A stretch of DNA of 64,000 bases from Eledone cirrhosa. Lineage: Eukaryota. The stretch is taken from positions 88,846,001 through 88,910,000 of the forward strand of contig OZ024744.1 of assembly GCA_964016885.1 (NCBI GenBank), in the 5' to 3' direction. The notes under the pieces were generated by a model. The model saw only the letters and a list, made by a program, of their open reading frames with translations, did no database searches and was not told the origin of the DNA. The translations under genes were made by a program, and so were the position numbers. Positions within the stretch are counted from its first letter, which is position 1. Each line of letters starts with the position of its first letter. Positions 37,438 to 50,990 of the stretch are shown here, piece after piece.

Positions 37438-37819
37438 AACAGCCGTGTCACCCTATGTTTTCTGCAATACTCTAAGCTGTGTCACATGTGTTCTTTTACA
37501 ATCAACTGATCAGATCTAAAATATATTCTGACCTTGAGTAGAAATCCAGAAACATATTCATATTATTGATTACTCTATTGATTGGTAGGGTACTACATTG
37601 GCATATCGATTCAATGATCTATTTATTTGCTTGACGATGTCATTAGCTTACGTATGGCTGCTTGGTTTCTGCTGGCTGCCTTTGTCACTGGTTGAATAAT
37701 GGTTTGAGCGGGTAGACTGTCTGGTTGTCTTAGTAATTTTCTACAATGTATGGTTGTTAACTGGACATTATAGAAATAATCTGAAAGAGAAATATAATTT
37801 AAAAAAACGTACACCAACC

Positions 37820-38340
37820 TCCATCACTACAATGACCGCCACCACGATCACCACCACCGTCACCTACACTACACACAACACTACTACTACCACAACCATA
37901 TACACTACCGCATACACCACCAACAACAACAACAACAACAACGACAATAACACCTACATCGCCACAAACAAAAACATCAACACCAAATCGATGACCACGA
38001 CGATCACCACCACCACCACCACCTCAAACACCAGCACCAACTATAGCATCAACAACAACAACAACAATAACAACAATACGAATACCAGCACAAACACCAA
38101 CAACAACAACATCAAAAACACCAACACGATCAACAACAATAACAACACCTACACCACCACAACAAAAATAACACCAACTCCACCACCACCACCACCACCA
38201 CCACCACCACCACCACCACCACCACCACCACCACCACCACCAACACCAACAACACCAACAACATCAACATCACCAACAACATCTACATCACCAACAACAA
38301 CCACACCTTCACCATTACCCGACAACACAATCACCACCAC
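37820..38340. repeat. (CAA)/(CCA) trinucleotide tract
   Basis: Low complexity. Confidence 0.9.
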
Positions 38341-38677
38341 CGCTACATTCATCTCTATACTTTCTATTTCCTCTCTCTGTTTGTTTGTTTGTTTGTTTGA
38401 TGATTGAATCAAACAAAGAAAACAATCAGACACGACCTACCCCATTGAGTCATGGCATCAACTTCAATGGTTTCAAATTTGGTCATATCGAGACCAGTAT
38501 TTTGCCTGATGCATATTTTTATCTTCCATCTTCCCACAAAGAATGAAAGGCAAATTCGACCGGGTTTAAAAGAAGGTACCTGAATCAGAAAAAAAACTAA
38601 AAGTCATCGGTTCTGACCATTCTCGTTCTTGGGTGATAGATTTTATATTATGGGAGGCGGAAGGAATCAGTTGAATT

Positions 38678-38865
38678 GACGGTGGATTGGCAGTATCGGT
38701 AGAGGGTCGGACGTCATGTTTCCCAGCATAGTTACGTCCCTTTACGATCTGAGTTCAAATCCCGCCGAGGTTGACTTTGCCTTTCATCCTTACGGGGTCG
38801 ATAAAATAAAGTACCAGTAATGCACTGGGTAATTGCTGGCCTTGTGCCTAAAGTAGAAACAATTA
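38678..38865 (+). mobile_element. Full-length SINE (main family)
   Basis: Same sequence as 34228-34413. Confidence 0.9.
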
Positions 38866-39304
38866 TATTACCAATGCATAACGATACAATGACATGCTTA
38901 TTATAGCAGTTACTTTTTCCTGATATCATACCTAACAATATCTTAATTTGAGGCCCTCCGTCCTTTCCGACGACGAGTGCTCCAGTTGATTCAATCAATG
39001 GAAATACCTGCTCGTGAAATTAACTTGTAAATGACTGAGCCTTCTATAGACACGTTTAGCCTTAACCTAGTTCTCATAGAAACACAACGTGACACAGTGT
39101 GTGACAAAGCATGTCTCTTCAATTCTTAACAATATAGAATAGGAAGGCCATACACACAAGCAAGCCTCATATTTAAAGTTCTATAATAATCTCCTCCTCC
39201 CCATCTCTCTTTTTTATGAGCAAATAGGGTCCCACGTGCTGGCCGCCTCACAGCCCCGGCGGACAGAATGGAGAAGGCTCACACCTGCTGCTGACCAGTT
39301 ACAA

Positions 39305-39461
39305 CGCATTTTTTTTTTTTTTGCCAACTGAGTAGACTGGGGCAACGTGAAAGACAGCGCCTTGCTTCAGGACACAACGCACCGCTCGGTCCGAGAATCG
39401 AAATCTGGACTTTACGATCGTGATTCGAACACCCTAACCACTAAGCCTCGCACCTTCACAC
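39305..39461 (-). mobile_element. Second tRNA-derived SINE family, 5' part
   Basis: Minus strand GGCTTAGTGGTTAG (A-box) ... TTCGATTC (B-box) ... GTGTCCTGAAGCAAGGCGCT...CCAGTCTACTCAG. Confidence 0.65.
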
Positions 39462-39949
39462 CATTTTAAATGGGCCAAAAGTCACTTCCTATTAAAAAAA
39501 ATTCATAATTTTTTTTATTATTACATTTTTTTTTCTGATTAAAGTTGAATAAAAACAAGATCCAGTTATGGAATTTAATGTAAATATAAAAAAATAGTTT
39601 CGAGTTAATTTGTAATAATAGGTAAGAAGTGACTTTTGGCCCACCCTATACAAAAAAAATATAATGCATAATGTAGCCCTAGATTTATTTTTAAAAGTGA
39701 TGGTCATTTAGTAGTCATTATCATATTTTAATAAGATTGCCACTATAGGAAAATGGAGATGTATAAGAAGTGTTCCAATGGTTCAAAAAGAATATATCAA
39801 AAGGAACATGTTTGACACAGTGCTAAACGAAGTCATCGACTTCTGGTGCATAATTTATCGACACTGACGCGAGAACATCAAATTCGATGCCTCTAGTATT
39901 TGAATTCATAACCGACAGCTGAAAAAAGTTGGCCAAACCCAAAATGGTT

Positions 39950-40455
39950 TCTGATTTAGACACAAGCCAACAATCCTGGTCGAAGGGAAATTCGATTAAA
40001 TTGATCCGAGTAGTTTCTGGAACTTTATTTTATCGGCGCTGTAAGGATAAAAGGCGAAGCTAACATTGGTGGGTTTTAACTCACAACGTAAAGGGCCGTA
40101 ACTCTATGCTACAAAGCGTGCTGTCCGACGCTCTACCGACACTGCCAATAGTAATAATAATGGTTTATGATTTAGGCACAAGGCCAACAATTCCGAGGAA
40201 GGGAGAAAGTCCATTAAACGACCCCAGTGTATTACTGTGTATTACTGGTACTTTATTTTATCGACCCCATACGGATGAAAGGCAAAGTTAACCTCGGTGA
40301 GATTTGAACTCAGAACATAAAGGGACGTAATTATACGTCGCGCAAAGCATGTTGTCCGACGCTCTACCGATATTACCAATTCACCGCCCTTAAACCAAAC
40401 CAGTAGCAGTTTTGGGTTTAGGCACAAGGCCAACAATCCCGAGTAAGGGGGAAAG
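39950..40455 (-). mobile_element. Cluster of two older SINE copies plus a tail fragment
   Basis: Repeated GGCACAAGGCCA tails and core TACTGGTACTTTATTTTATCGACCCC. Confidence 0.8.
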
Positions 40456-40477
40456 TATATTAAAAAGTATATTCAAT

Positions 40478-40700
40478 TCATGGTGGTTTAAAGTTTGTGA
40501 ATCTAGTAGCTATTTTATGTCTACAGAAAATAGATCTTTCTACTTTGCTGTTAAGCAGCATCCCATCGTACCTTAAAATATGTAGTAGTTCTAAATTACA
40601 AAGCCCGCAGTGGGACATATCGTTGCTGTAGGCTTTCGCTACCGATAATTTTGACCAGCTAATCTTATATTCTAGATTTCTGTCCTTAAGCCAAAAAAGT
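40478..40700 (-). pseudogene. Naiad-like PLE C-terminal fragment (end of GIY-YIG region)
   Basis: ISWSKL..AKAY....CGLCNLE...LLNSKVE..FCRHK aligns with the C-terminus of ORF 52655-53584. Confidence 0.8.
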
Positions 40701-41308
40701 TTTATCTTCAAAATCCAAAGAATTTTCAAATCTAAACATTTTTTTTAATTCTTTTAAAAAAAGACAGAGTGGAGTATCAGTAGTGGCTCTCGGGCAGTAA
40801 CTTCTGCAATGAGTAATCTTTCTCTCTCTTATTATTGGTGTATGTGTGAGTGTGTGTGTGTATATATATATATTATTTGTTTAATAACGTCTAGTCGAGA
40901 GCTTTTCATTCGGAATTTACCCGCCAGTTCAGCGTTACATTTCACACCAGCTTGAGGCATAGAACGAAATTCCTGTTGATGACGTGAATCCAATGTTCGA
41001 TCATGGAATACCACAGGTTTACACATTACGTAAGCTGGATGGATGATTTCGATTTCATAGAAACCTATCGGACGTATTGCAAAATATCGTTCGATATGTC
41101 CACGTCAGTTGTCTAACCTGATTAGTGTTTTCGTCGTTTTCGCTATTGTTTGGCTAGATCTACCTGCCGCAATTTCTAATTTGTCAAGCTATCTAAACGT
41201 ATGTTATTACTCTAAGGGCCAACCTTATTGAATGCTTTGCTGCTCATTCCTAATTGTAGGTCGTTAGCTTGGCCACAGCCAAAGCTTCGATTTTACTAAG
41301 TGTCCACT

Positions 41309-41354
<46 letters not shown>

Positions 41355-41429
41355 ACAATGCACATATATGTATATATATATATATATTAGTTTTGCGAGG
41401 TTTTTGATATGAAATCGTGTGTCGAAACA

Positions 41430-42005
41430 AATATTGTTATACTTGGGGAGGGTCATATTTGTGTAATATTGCCAGAATTAATAAAAGAACTAAAATATAT
41501 AAATAGATAAATAAATAAATAAATACATACACAAGCACAATAACAACAAACACATATAAACACACACTAGTAAAGATAGAATACATTAACCAATTCACAG
41601 TCACCCATTCACGAACACACATCAAACAAAACACTATACACACACGCAAACGCATGCGCAAAGAAGACAAAATAAAATAAACAAATAAATAAATATATAA
41701 ACAGACTAAATAAAGATGGCGTAGAAAATACAATGCAACGGGAGGAAACAATAGCACCACTGACGATGTTGCAGATGTGCAACGAAAGAACTTTGATAAA
41801 CTATATATATATGTGATTGTGTCTATATTGTTTCTGTATTTTTGACCGTTGGTCAGTCAATGGTAACATTGAGGACCGAATAAATTATATTACAGATATA
41901 AAATACACAGAAGCGAAAAGCGAAAACCAACCAAACAGTGAGTGTGTTCTGTTATTAATTCTGGCAATATTACACAAATATGACCCTCCCCAAGTATAAC
42001 AATAT
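41430..42005. mobile_element. Element with ~55-bp terminal inverted repeats and an internal degenerate hammerhead (41755-41797, +)
   Basis: ATATTGTTATACTTGGGGAGGGTCATATTTG... is inverted at 41950-42005; CTGACGA-T-GTTGCA/TGCAAC-GAAA at 41760-41787. Confidence 0.6.
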
Positions 42006-42185
42006 ATATATATATAACAATGTAATTGTGTGTGTGTTCGGGTTCAGCCTGTTTGTCAAAGGTCCCTTTGTGGTGGGAAATTAAAAGAACTTTTCCAAAA
42101 ATTCAGAAAATTGTCAATAACTAAAAATTATTTTGTGGTGTGTGTGTGGGGGGATAATGGAGGTGATTACATATTTAGTTTTGGT

Positions 42186-43880
42186 TTAAATTTGTTTAAT
42201 AAATAGTTTTTCCTCATTTAAGATTTTAAAGTTGGGTAGAGTCTTTCCTGCACTATCAATGTGGCTACTTAAGGGGATTTTCCTTTTGATTACGTCTCGG
42301 ATTTGTTGGCGATGGATGGTCATTCTTTTGCGTAATGATAACCCCGTTTGTCCTATATAGTTATGTCGACAGCCACCGCATGTGATTACATAGATCAGGT
42401 TCTCCGAGTTGCAAGTGAAGTTGTTTTTCACTGTGAAAGTTTGGCTATCTTTAAACGTGAATTTATGTCCTTCAGTTAAGTATAGGCATGTTCCAATGTT
42501 TGTTCTTCCGCATTTTGTTACCGAAGATTGGAGATAGGTTTGTGTATCTTTGTTCCAGTGAGAATGTGTATTAGTGATTTCGGTTGCATTTTGCTTTTGA
42601 TGATCTTGTGTGTTTCTAGAATTGTTTTCATTTTTTTCATCTTTAAATAGAATGGGGAGGTTTTTGTGTAGGAGGTCGAACATTTCGGTGTTTCTGGTGT
42701 TGAGCATATGGTAAGGTATTGTTTGTGGTATCTGCTTTGGGCTGTTAGGTTGATGAAAATTTGCGTGCTTTGCTTTGCCTATTCCGTTATTAATTATGTC
42801 AAGTGGGAAGGCTCTTAAGGTAAGTGTGTTTTAGAGTTCATTTAGTCTTTGTTCCCGTTTAGCTGGGTCTGATACTATGATTCATATGCGTTTGGCTAAA
42901 TTAAACGGAATGTTAAGTTTTGTATGTTTTGGGTGATTTGATGTGAATAGGAAGTACTGTTTGGAGTCCGTGGGTTTATAAAAGATGTCTGTTTCTATTT
43001 TCTCATCCGTTTTTAAAATGAGAATATCCAAGAAGGCTAATTCCTTGGAGTTAGATTCCATTGTGAATTGTATATTCTTGTTAATGTTGTTAATCATATT
43101 TTTGAGTGAGTATATTCATGTCTTCCTGCCATAGTATGAAGCAATCGTCTAGGTACCTCTTCCAATGATATTTGAGATGTGTAAGGAAAGAGTCTCCGAA
43201 TAATAGAAGGGATTGGTTGTAGATTTGTTGTTCGTGGAATCCCATGACTAAGTTGGCGTATGTGGGGGCTACCTTGTGCCCATTGCAGTCCCTGAGATTT
43301 GGTGGTATGTTGAATCATTGAAAGTAAAAAAATTATTCTGTAACATAAATCGGAGTCAATCAATAATGAAGTTTTTGTTGATGCCTGTTGGTATTTCAGA
43401 TTGGTGTGTGACTAGCCAAAACTGGATTGCTGTTATTCAATAGTTATGGGGTATGTTAGTGTAGAGGTTTACTACATCACAGGAGACAAGAATACAAGGT
43501 CATCCCGTACGTAGCTCTGTATATGTTTTAGTAGGGCTTTAGTAAGATGTCCAGGAAGTTGCTAAGTCTGTGAGTTTCACATGCAGGGCCTGCTATAATT
43601 GGTCTGAGTTTTAAGTCTTCTGGTGGTGTTAATTGTATGTATTTGTTAGTCGAAGTGTCACATGCATTGCTTATGAGTTTACATTTATGTATCTTCGGTA
43701 AGCCGTAGAAAGCACCTGTATTATATTTGAAATGGCTTATGTATTCAAATTATTTTGTGGTTAGGCCACTGTGGTATTTTTATAGTAATGCTAGGAGGCT
43801 CCCCATTCTTTTAGTTTGTTTGTACTTTGCTGTTTTTTCGTGGTACTTGTCGTCCTTGATTTTGAGTGCCAGAAAAACAG
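42186..43880 (-). mobile_element. Penelope-like element (Neptune-like) RT + GIY-YIG, decayed
   Basis: FYGLPKIHK, LRPIIAGP, IQFTME..LAFLDI..TDIFYKPT..SNHPKH (PLE RT) and NLIYVITC..C...YIGQT...RM..H (GIY-YIG). Confidence 0.9.
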
Positions 43881-43969
43881 ACCCTTAAATATATTTTCCG
43901 TGCTATTTCCAACTTCACCTTTTCTCTATATCCACGGTTTTATATATATATATATATATATAATCATTG

Positions 43970-44132
43970 GAAACTCTGCTTTGCAGAATCGAGGCATATC
44001 CGAGAATCTTGCGATTTCAGAGTCAGATTTGATCATTGCATCGATCGTGCCTCGAGCTGGTCGCCAGAGAAACGATTGTAATATGTCTAATAAATCTTAT
44101 TCGTCGCAACACTGATTCTCCGTTTCTTATGT
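43970..44132 (+). mobile_element. Short repeat family, also at 32718-32885 (-) and 33481-33560 (+); related to the 31.6-kb palindrome
   Basis: Shared CTCGAGCTGGTC.CCAGAGAAACGATTGTAATATGTCTAATAAAT...CTGATTCTCCGTTTCTTAT; usually bordered by TA runs. Confidence 0.75.
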
Positions 44133-44254
44133 CATATATATATATATATATATATATCAGTCAGATCTGCATATTAGCAGATCCACTGATCAGCCAGATT
44201 TGTATATCAGCAGAATGGCCGGTCAGTTTCCTGTATACGAGCGATTAATGGCCT

Positions 44255-46918
44255 GGAACTTCCTGGATGTAACCCTGGAGCTTTACACAGGCATTCACCG
44301 ACCCTATCATAAGCCTAACAAAAACTTACAATATGTAAGCAGACATTGGAAGCACCCAAAATCTGTAATCAACTCTATAGTGAAGGGGGTTTCGAACCGG
44401 GAATCTACCTTGTCGGCCAATGCAGACGTTTTCAAGCCAGCACGCCGAATATTATAATGAGGCACTGGCTAAAGCCGGTTATACAGAATCCATAGTATAT
44501 ACCCCGGACAAGGACGAGCCTAACTGCAGGAAACAGAGCTGCACGGATAGTAATAACATAGTTTAAGACAGACACAATAACCGCGAACTAATGCGAAATA
44601 GTAAGCCGAGGAAAATAGATAAGGACAGGCATAATAACATGACAGTCAGAGAGATTCCGACGCGAGGAGACTGTAGGGCGCATAACACACGGAGACAGAA
44701 CCTCCACACCAACACACCGAGGGATGGGAGGAATAGCGATAGCGATAGCGTACGGGCAACACAAAATGTGGAACCACCTAGTGAGGCCACATGGGCCACT
44801 AACAAAGGTGTAGCACCAGCAACGCAATTAGATAGTAATAACGGGAATGACTATAGAGCTATTAACTCTACACAGCATAATTTAGAAAGTGAACACAGTA
44901 AATCGGACATGTACGGTAGATCTAGGAATAGCGAGAACATTGGGATGGAAAGAGCGACACAGGAAAACAACTTGACCCTTTACCCACTACACACAGACGA
45001 CACAGTAGGACTAGATCTAGAAATATTACGTGGTTCAATGCACCGTACTCGAAAAACTTGCGCACCCATTCCCGGCCTTTTTTTAAGGGCACTAGATGAG
45101 TGTTTCCCGGCTGCACATAGGTACCACAGGTTTTCAATCGCCTCACGGTGAAATTCTCATTTTCAACTGCACAAAACATGGGCGACTATATAGCCAAAAC
45201 CAACTCAGTGAAGATGAGAAGCTTCGACCGTCGCCAACAACAGACGAGCGGTATTTCTGAAGTGCCAGGGAGAACATTTAGAGACACGGTAACACTTGCG
45301 GCACAGACCCCCACTGGCAACCGACCCGCAATGTGCCGGGACCTCAGCAACCAGACGATGCCGACCATGAACGTGGAGTCCACTACGCCCGCGGATCGAC
45401 ATGGAGTAGGTGGGGTGCACTGGGAAACAAGGCCCATCACTAAGTAAATACTGAGCAACATCAAACCCGAACCTGTAACCGCCGCCATGGTATACAATGC
45501 CCACTACAGGGGAACTGCCTAATGAAAGGCATCGAATATAAATGCGTGGTTGTTACGCACAACACAAAGCACATCTAAATCGGTGCAACATCCACGACCT
45601 TTAAGTCGAGGATGTAGAACCATACGAATTCTTTCAAGGACAGGGCTAAGAGGCGCTCCACTAGACTAGCGGACTTAATCTGGGGCTTGGAAGATAGTGG
45701 CACAACATACAAACTCAACTGGAGTATAGTCCGCCGGTAAGAGAAGATGCAGACTATGTCTACTGAAGTCATGGAGATAGTCAGATTAAAAGGTAACACA
45801 GTCAACCTCAAATCCGAGGTCATCATGACATGAAGGCATCAATGGAACTGCATATTTTCTGCACTGGAATTCCCGGATAATTATAGAGTGAACCTCGTGG
45901 GGGAATGACCGGTATAGCGCGACGCATTCATACGTCGATCATTTATTTCACCTCAAGAACCTCAGGCCGTGTATATCTGCCAAATCCCACCCCGGATTGA
46001 GAACCATATAATAACTGAATATATGGAAATACGTAGTGGTATAAATATCGGGTATATTGCCTGAAGCATAATGCATGCCACTTTTAACTTTCAGTATGTA
46101 ATAAGCTTGATATATTCGCTTTCTGTTTTACCTTATGCATGCTTTTATTAATATTCTGTATATTTTGCTTCATCTCTAATCTAGGGCGGGTAAAATTCCC
46201 GAGATCCATGGACGAGTTCTCTCCAGCGGTCTCTGTCCCGCATTATCGCTGCCACGTCCTGCGTCTCCAACAGATCAGTGTCTGTCCTTAGGGCATCAAC
46301 ATACGTTAACCTTGGTCTTCCCCTTCCAGTGTGTCCATGTAGGGGCTCCCACAGGAGGACTGAGTGCAATGTCAACTCTGGATGTCGGTGAGCATGTCCA
46401 GCTAATCTCAGTCTCCTCTGTGTCACTTTTGAGCTGACTTTTGGGAGGCTCCCATACACCTCTGAGTTTTTCATCCTCAGTGTATACTGATTAATGTTCA
46501 GAGCCATCCTCAGCATTCTCGTGTACCACCCATCCACCATCTGAGTGAGTTTGCTTCGTATAGCCTTATTATAACACCTTTCAATACTTTCTTTTTCCTG
46601 TAATATGTATTTGATATCTTTTTGCACTTGTATTAATTTTATGCATAACTTTCTTTATAATATGCTTATTATAACCTCTTTACAACAGCTCCCAATATTT
46701 TGCTATCTTTCACTATAATATCATTTTGTTACTCTTGCTTTTCAATATGATGTCACTGACACTGTTCATAATATTGTATCTTAACGAATGTTCTAGAGAC
46801 TAGGATTGAATTACATGTTTAAACATTGTGTAAGCTCCGATGATCCCAGACAGTTTTCTGGAAGAAACGATCGACAGCAATTAAATCTATTAAACATAAA
46901 TTTGATTGTTTTATATTT

Positions 46919-46920
<2 letters not shown>
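44255..46920 (+). mobile_element. 5'-truncated Naiad-like PLE (RT thumb, linker, GIY-YIG, 3' UTR/pLTR), decayed and interrupted by an RTE fragment
   Basis: NFLDVTL..G..RPYHKPN..LQYV....HP; FLRALDECFP..H; CNRR...CPLQGNCL; CRLC; VNLKSEV...RH; degenerate hammerhead at 46834-46878. Confidence 0.82.
46181..46545 (-). mobile_element. RTE-clade LINE 3' fragment
   Basis: DGWYTRMLRMALN...RRLRLAGH..RH...LLWEP.HG..GRGRPRLTYVD, typical of RTE ORF C-termini. Confidence 0.85.
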
Positions 46921-46956
<36 letters not shown>

Positions 46957-47397
46957 CATTTTCCTACACACACACACACACACAGAATATATATATTCTC
47001 TCCATCTTAACATGTTAACCATACTCCAACACACACATACACACACACACATAACACCCATACACACACAGAACTCCCTCCCCCATTTCTACTAATAGAA
47101 TCATCTTCCTATACACACACACACACAAGCACACAAATAAACATACATATCTCTATTTTCTTTATTTCAATAGAAAGTCTGAATTCTGACACCCCAGCAC
47201 ACCAGCTGTATTCACTGAACCAGAACAATTCTCCCCATCCCGTTTTTCTTGACCATTATCTTTTGTTTGGCACAAAATTCTCTAAAAGGCTACAAAATAA
47301 ATTCCCAAATACGGGCGCGAAATTTAATGCACTTGTTCACGTGACAGTTATAATTTCATTTATAACCAATCAAATTACATTTATAAAAAAAAAAGCC

Positions 47398-47680
47398 TTT
47401 TTCAATGACCGGGTTCAGATTGAATCCGGTAACATTATCAGGTATTCCGAAATTTATCCCACAAAGATATAAATAATAGAAACAATCCAAGGGGGTGAAA
47501 AGCAGAGAGAGATGCCCAAGACGAGAAGGCGGCTAAACATTAACAGTTGCTAGTCCAGGCGGCCGCCTTCAAGACTTGATTGTGTCTATTATTATATTCC
47601 TTTGTTGCATAAATTTCGGAATATCTGATGATGTCACCGGATTCATACTGAACCCGGTCATTGAAATGTTCATAATATAA
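47398..47680. mobile_element. Inverted-repeat element (~68-bp arms) with a hammerhead motif at 47621-47678 (+)
   Basis: ATAT-CTGATGA-(ACCGGATTCA/TGAACCCGGT)-GAAA-TGTTCA-TA-ATAT; inverted partial copy at 47398-47466. Confidence 0.68.
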
Positions 47681-47869
47681 TAAACCTTTAAGGAATTACA
47701 CCAGTCCAGTCTCCTGTTATTTTATAATAATTAACTCCGTACTCGCACCACCAACTACACAAACAAAGACGGATGAGTTGCATTACTTTGAGTGCTCTCC
47801 ATAATATTACATCGAGGTTGACCATACGGAATGACCAGTTCTATCCAGTGGTGAACCAACAAACCTAAA

Positions 47870-47919
<50 letters not shown>

Positions 47920-47924
<5 letters not shown>

Positions 47925-48770
47925 GAAGTATTTCCGTAGGAAAGATAAAGGAAAAGGAAGTGCTCTCTGTAGACTACGGCCCTTTTTTAGTTATGCAATA
48001 AACAAGAATTGTAGTGTGTGTATGGTATATTGTATATGTGTTTATGTATGTGTGTATATGTATTCATATACATGTGTATGTGCGTGTGTGTACATAGATG
48101 CATGTATGTATATATATGTAAGTGTGCGCGTATATATATATATTTATATGGGTGTGTTTATATGTATCCATATATATGTGTGTGTGTGTGTGTGCATGCA
48201 TGTGTACATGTATACGTATGTGTGCGTGTATGTATGTGTGTGTATATGTATATATATGTATATTTATGGGTATGTGTATGTACACGTATACGTGTGTGTA
48301 CGCATGTGTAAGTGTAAGTGAGCATGTATGTATGTATTTGTATATATATGTATGTGTACATGTACATATGTGTACATATACGTATGTGTAAGTGTGTGAG
48401 TATATGTATATGCGTGGGTATGTGCTTATATATGTATGTGTTTATATATATATACATATACATTTATTATTTTCCCCTTTACATTACGTCCGTTATTTTA
48501 TTTCAGCCTCGTTTTCAATTGTCCTAGACTTTGTTTTGAAATCCATATCTCAAATCCTTTGAAATAAATTTTCTTTCTGACGACCGAAGTCAGACGTTTG
48601 TGTCAGGCTCGTCTGTCTTCGTGAAACCTTTGGTAAATGAAATAATTATCTTATATATATATATGAAATAATTATCTCATGTTGTTTATTACATAACTAA
48701 AAAGCTCTGTAGCCTACATAGAGCACTCTTTTTTCCTTTACCTTTCCTACGGAAATACTTCATTTATATA
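47920..48770. mobile_element. PLE-type element with ~60-bp terminal inverted repeats, in (TA)n; relatives at 51460-51600 and 59825-59940
   Basis: ATGAAGTATTTCCGTAGGAAAG..GTGCTCT versus AGAGCAC..CTTTCCTACGGAAATACTTCAT. Confidence 0.7.
48568..48645 (+). ncRNA. Type I hammerhead ribozyme
   Basis: TTTCTTT-CTGACGA-(CGAAG.CAGACG/CGTCTG.CTTCG)-GAAA-CCTTTGG-TA-AATGAAA. Confidence 0.8.
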
Positions 48771-48895
48771 TATATAAGCAGAAGGGATATTCAATTTGTT
48801 GGTAATTCAACAAATATAAATGTTTATAACTGATTCAGAGCACTCGACAAGCCTCCTGGGGTATAATATTCAATGATATTAAATAAATGGAAACT

Positions 48896-48995
48896 ATATT
48901 TATAAAACCATATTTATTCTATTATATATATTTCAAGAGTACCAAAAACTTTGGTACGCTTTCATCAGATAGAATAAATATGGTTTTATAAATAT
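48896..48995 (-). ncRNA. Type I hammerhead ribozyme closed by a 27-bp perfect stem
   Basis: Minus strand: ATATTTATTCTAT-CTGATGA-AAG.GTACC/GGTAC.CTT-GAAA-TATATA-TA-ATAGAATAAATAT. Confidence 0.82.
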
Positions 48996-48999
48996 CATT

Positions 49000-49034
<35 letters not shown>

Positions 49035-49224
49035 GTGTGTTTGTAGACAAAACAGTATTTAACATAGAGTTATTTTTTAATTTTCTTCTTGTTTTTAGCC
49101 TACAGCAATGTATCTGGTGAATAAATACATAAGTGAGTCTGAGAAGGCTTTACAGTGAGAAAAGCGATGAGATATTGAGATAAAACTGCACTAATTGTTG
49201 TCATTATTGTATCTCTCAGCACAC

Positions 49225-49760
49225 ATCCTTTACGGACTCAGTTCAAATCCCGCCGAGGTTAACTTTGCCTTTCATGCTTACGGGGTCGATAAAATAAAGT
49301 GCCAGTAATGCACTGGGTATTTGCTGGCCTTGTGCCAAATGTAGAAACAATTATTGTATCTCTTTGGTGGTGAATCGGCAGTATCGGTAAAGGGTCAGAC
49401 GCCATGCTTTCTAGCATAGTTACGTCCCTTTATGATCTGAGTTCAAATCCCGCCGAGGTTGACTTTGCCTTTCATCCTTACGGGGTCGATAAAATAAAGT
49501 ACCAGTAATGCACTGGGTATTTGCTGGCCTTGTGCCAAATGTAGAAACAATTATTGTATCTCTTTGGTGGTGAATCGGCAGTATCGGTAAAGGGTCAGAC
49601 GCCATGCTTTCTAGCATAGTTACGTCCCTTTATGATCTGAGTTCAAATCCCGCCGAGGTTGACTTTGCCTTTCATCCTTACGGGGTCGATAAAATAAAGT
49701 ACCAGTAATGCACTGGGTAATTGCTGGCCTTGTGCCAAAAAGTAGAAACAATTATTGTAT
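49225..49760 (+). mobile_element. Tandem SINE array, ~200-bp period, about 2.7 copies
   Basis: Tail GTAGAAACAATTATTGTATC at 49341, 49541 and 49742. Confidence 0.9.
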
Positions 49761-49859
49761 CACTTTTGCTGTTGAGGTTTTTGTTTGTTTGTTTTTGTGT
49801 TTCAGTGTGTTTTTCTTCTTTATTTGGATTTTTTATTATTTGACTGGTGGTGAGAAGAG

Positions 49860-50790
49860 CTGATTGTGTGTATGTATGTGTTTGTGTGTGTGTGTGTGTG
49901 TGTCTGTGTGTGTCTGTGTGTGTGTATGTATGTGTGTCTGTGTGTGTATGTGTAAAGTTGTGATGGGTTATGTGGAAGGATGACAGTGTGTGTGTGTGTA
50001 TGTGTCTGTCGGTGTGTCTGTGTGCGTGTGTGTATGTGTGTCTGTGTGTGTATATGTGTAAAGTTGTGTTGGGATTCTGTGGAAGGATGACAGTGTGTGT
50101 GTGTGTGTAGAAAGAGAGAGACAGAGTAGTAATGTGTTCTATGGAAGCATGGTTGTCTGTGTGTATGTGTGTGTGTGTGTATGTGCCTGTGCGACTGGAT
50201 GGTGTGTGTGTATGTGTGTGTGTATGTGAGTGTGTTGAGTAGTAATGTGTTCTGTGGAAACATGACTATGTGTGTGTGCGTGTGCGTGTGCGTGCATGTG
50301 TATATGTGTATGTGCGGCTGGTTGGTGTGTGTAAAAGTGTGTGTGCATGTATGTGTCTGTGCAGCTGGTTGGTGTGTGTGAGAGTGTGTGAGTGTGTGTG
50401 CATGTATGTGTGTGCGGCTGGTTGGTGTGCGTGTGAATGTGTGTATGAATGCGTGTGTATGTGTGTGTGTGTGTGTGTATGTGTGTGCAGCTGGTTCATG
50501 TCTGTGAATGTGTGTATGAATGCGTGTGTATATGTGTATATACATGTGTGTGTGTGTGTCTGTGCGGCTAAGTTCATGTCTGTGAATGTGTATTTGAATG
50601 CGTGTGTATATGTGTATATATATGTGTGTGTGTATGTGTGTATGTGTGCGTGGCTAGTTCATGTCTGTGAATGTGTGTGTATGGATGTGTGTGTATATGT
50701 GTATATGGATGTGTGTGTGTCTGTGTCTGTGCGGCTAGTTCATGTATGTGAATGTGTGTATGAATGCGTGTGTATATATATATTTATATT

Positions 50791-50850
<60 letters not shown>

Positions 50851-50990
50851 TGTGTGTGTGTGTCTCTGTGTGTGTCTCTGTGTGTGTCTCTGTGTGTCTC
50901 TGTGTGTGTCTGTGTGTGTCTCTGTGTGTGTCTCTGTGTGTGTCTCTGTGTGTGTCTGTGTGTCTGTGTGTGTCTGTATGTGTGTGGCAT
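49860..50990. repeat. Degenerate (TG)n tract with higher-order units
   Basis: Low complexity with recurring GGCTGGTTGG / GTTCATGTCTGTGAATG motifs. Confidence 0.85.

Noticed and set aside
38678-38770. SINE heads as tRNA genes
   Set aside because: They have A/B boxes but no complete cloverleaf, and continue into the SINE core and tail.
49341-49360. SINE tail GAAACAATTATTGTA as a hammerhead stem III
   Set aside because: No upstream CUGANGA, and other SINE copies diverge after GAAACAATTA.
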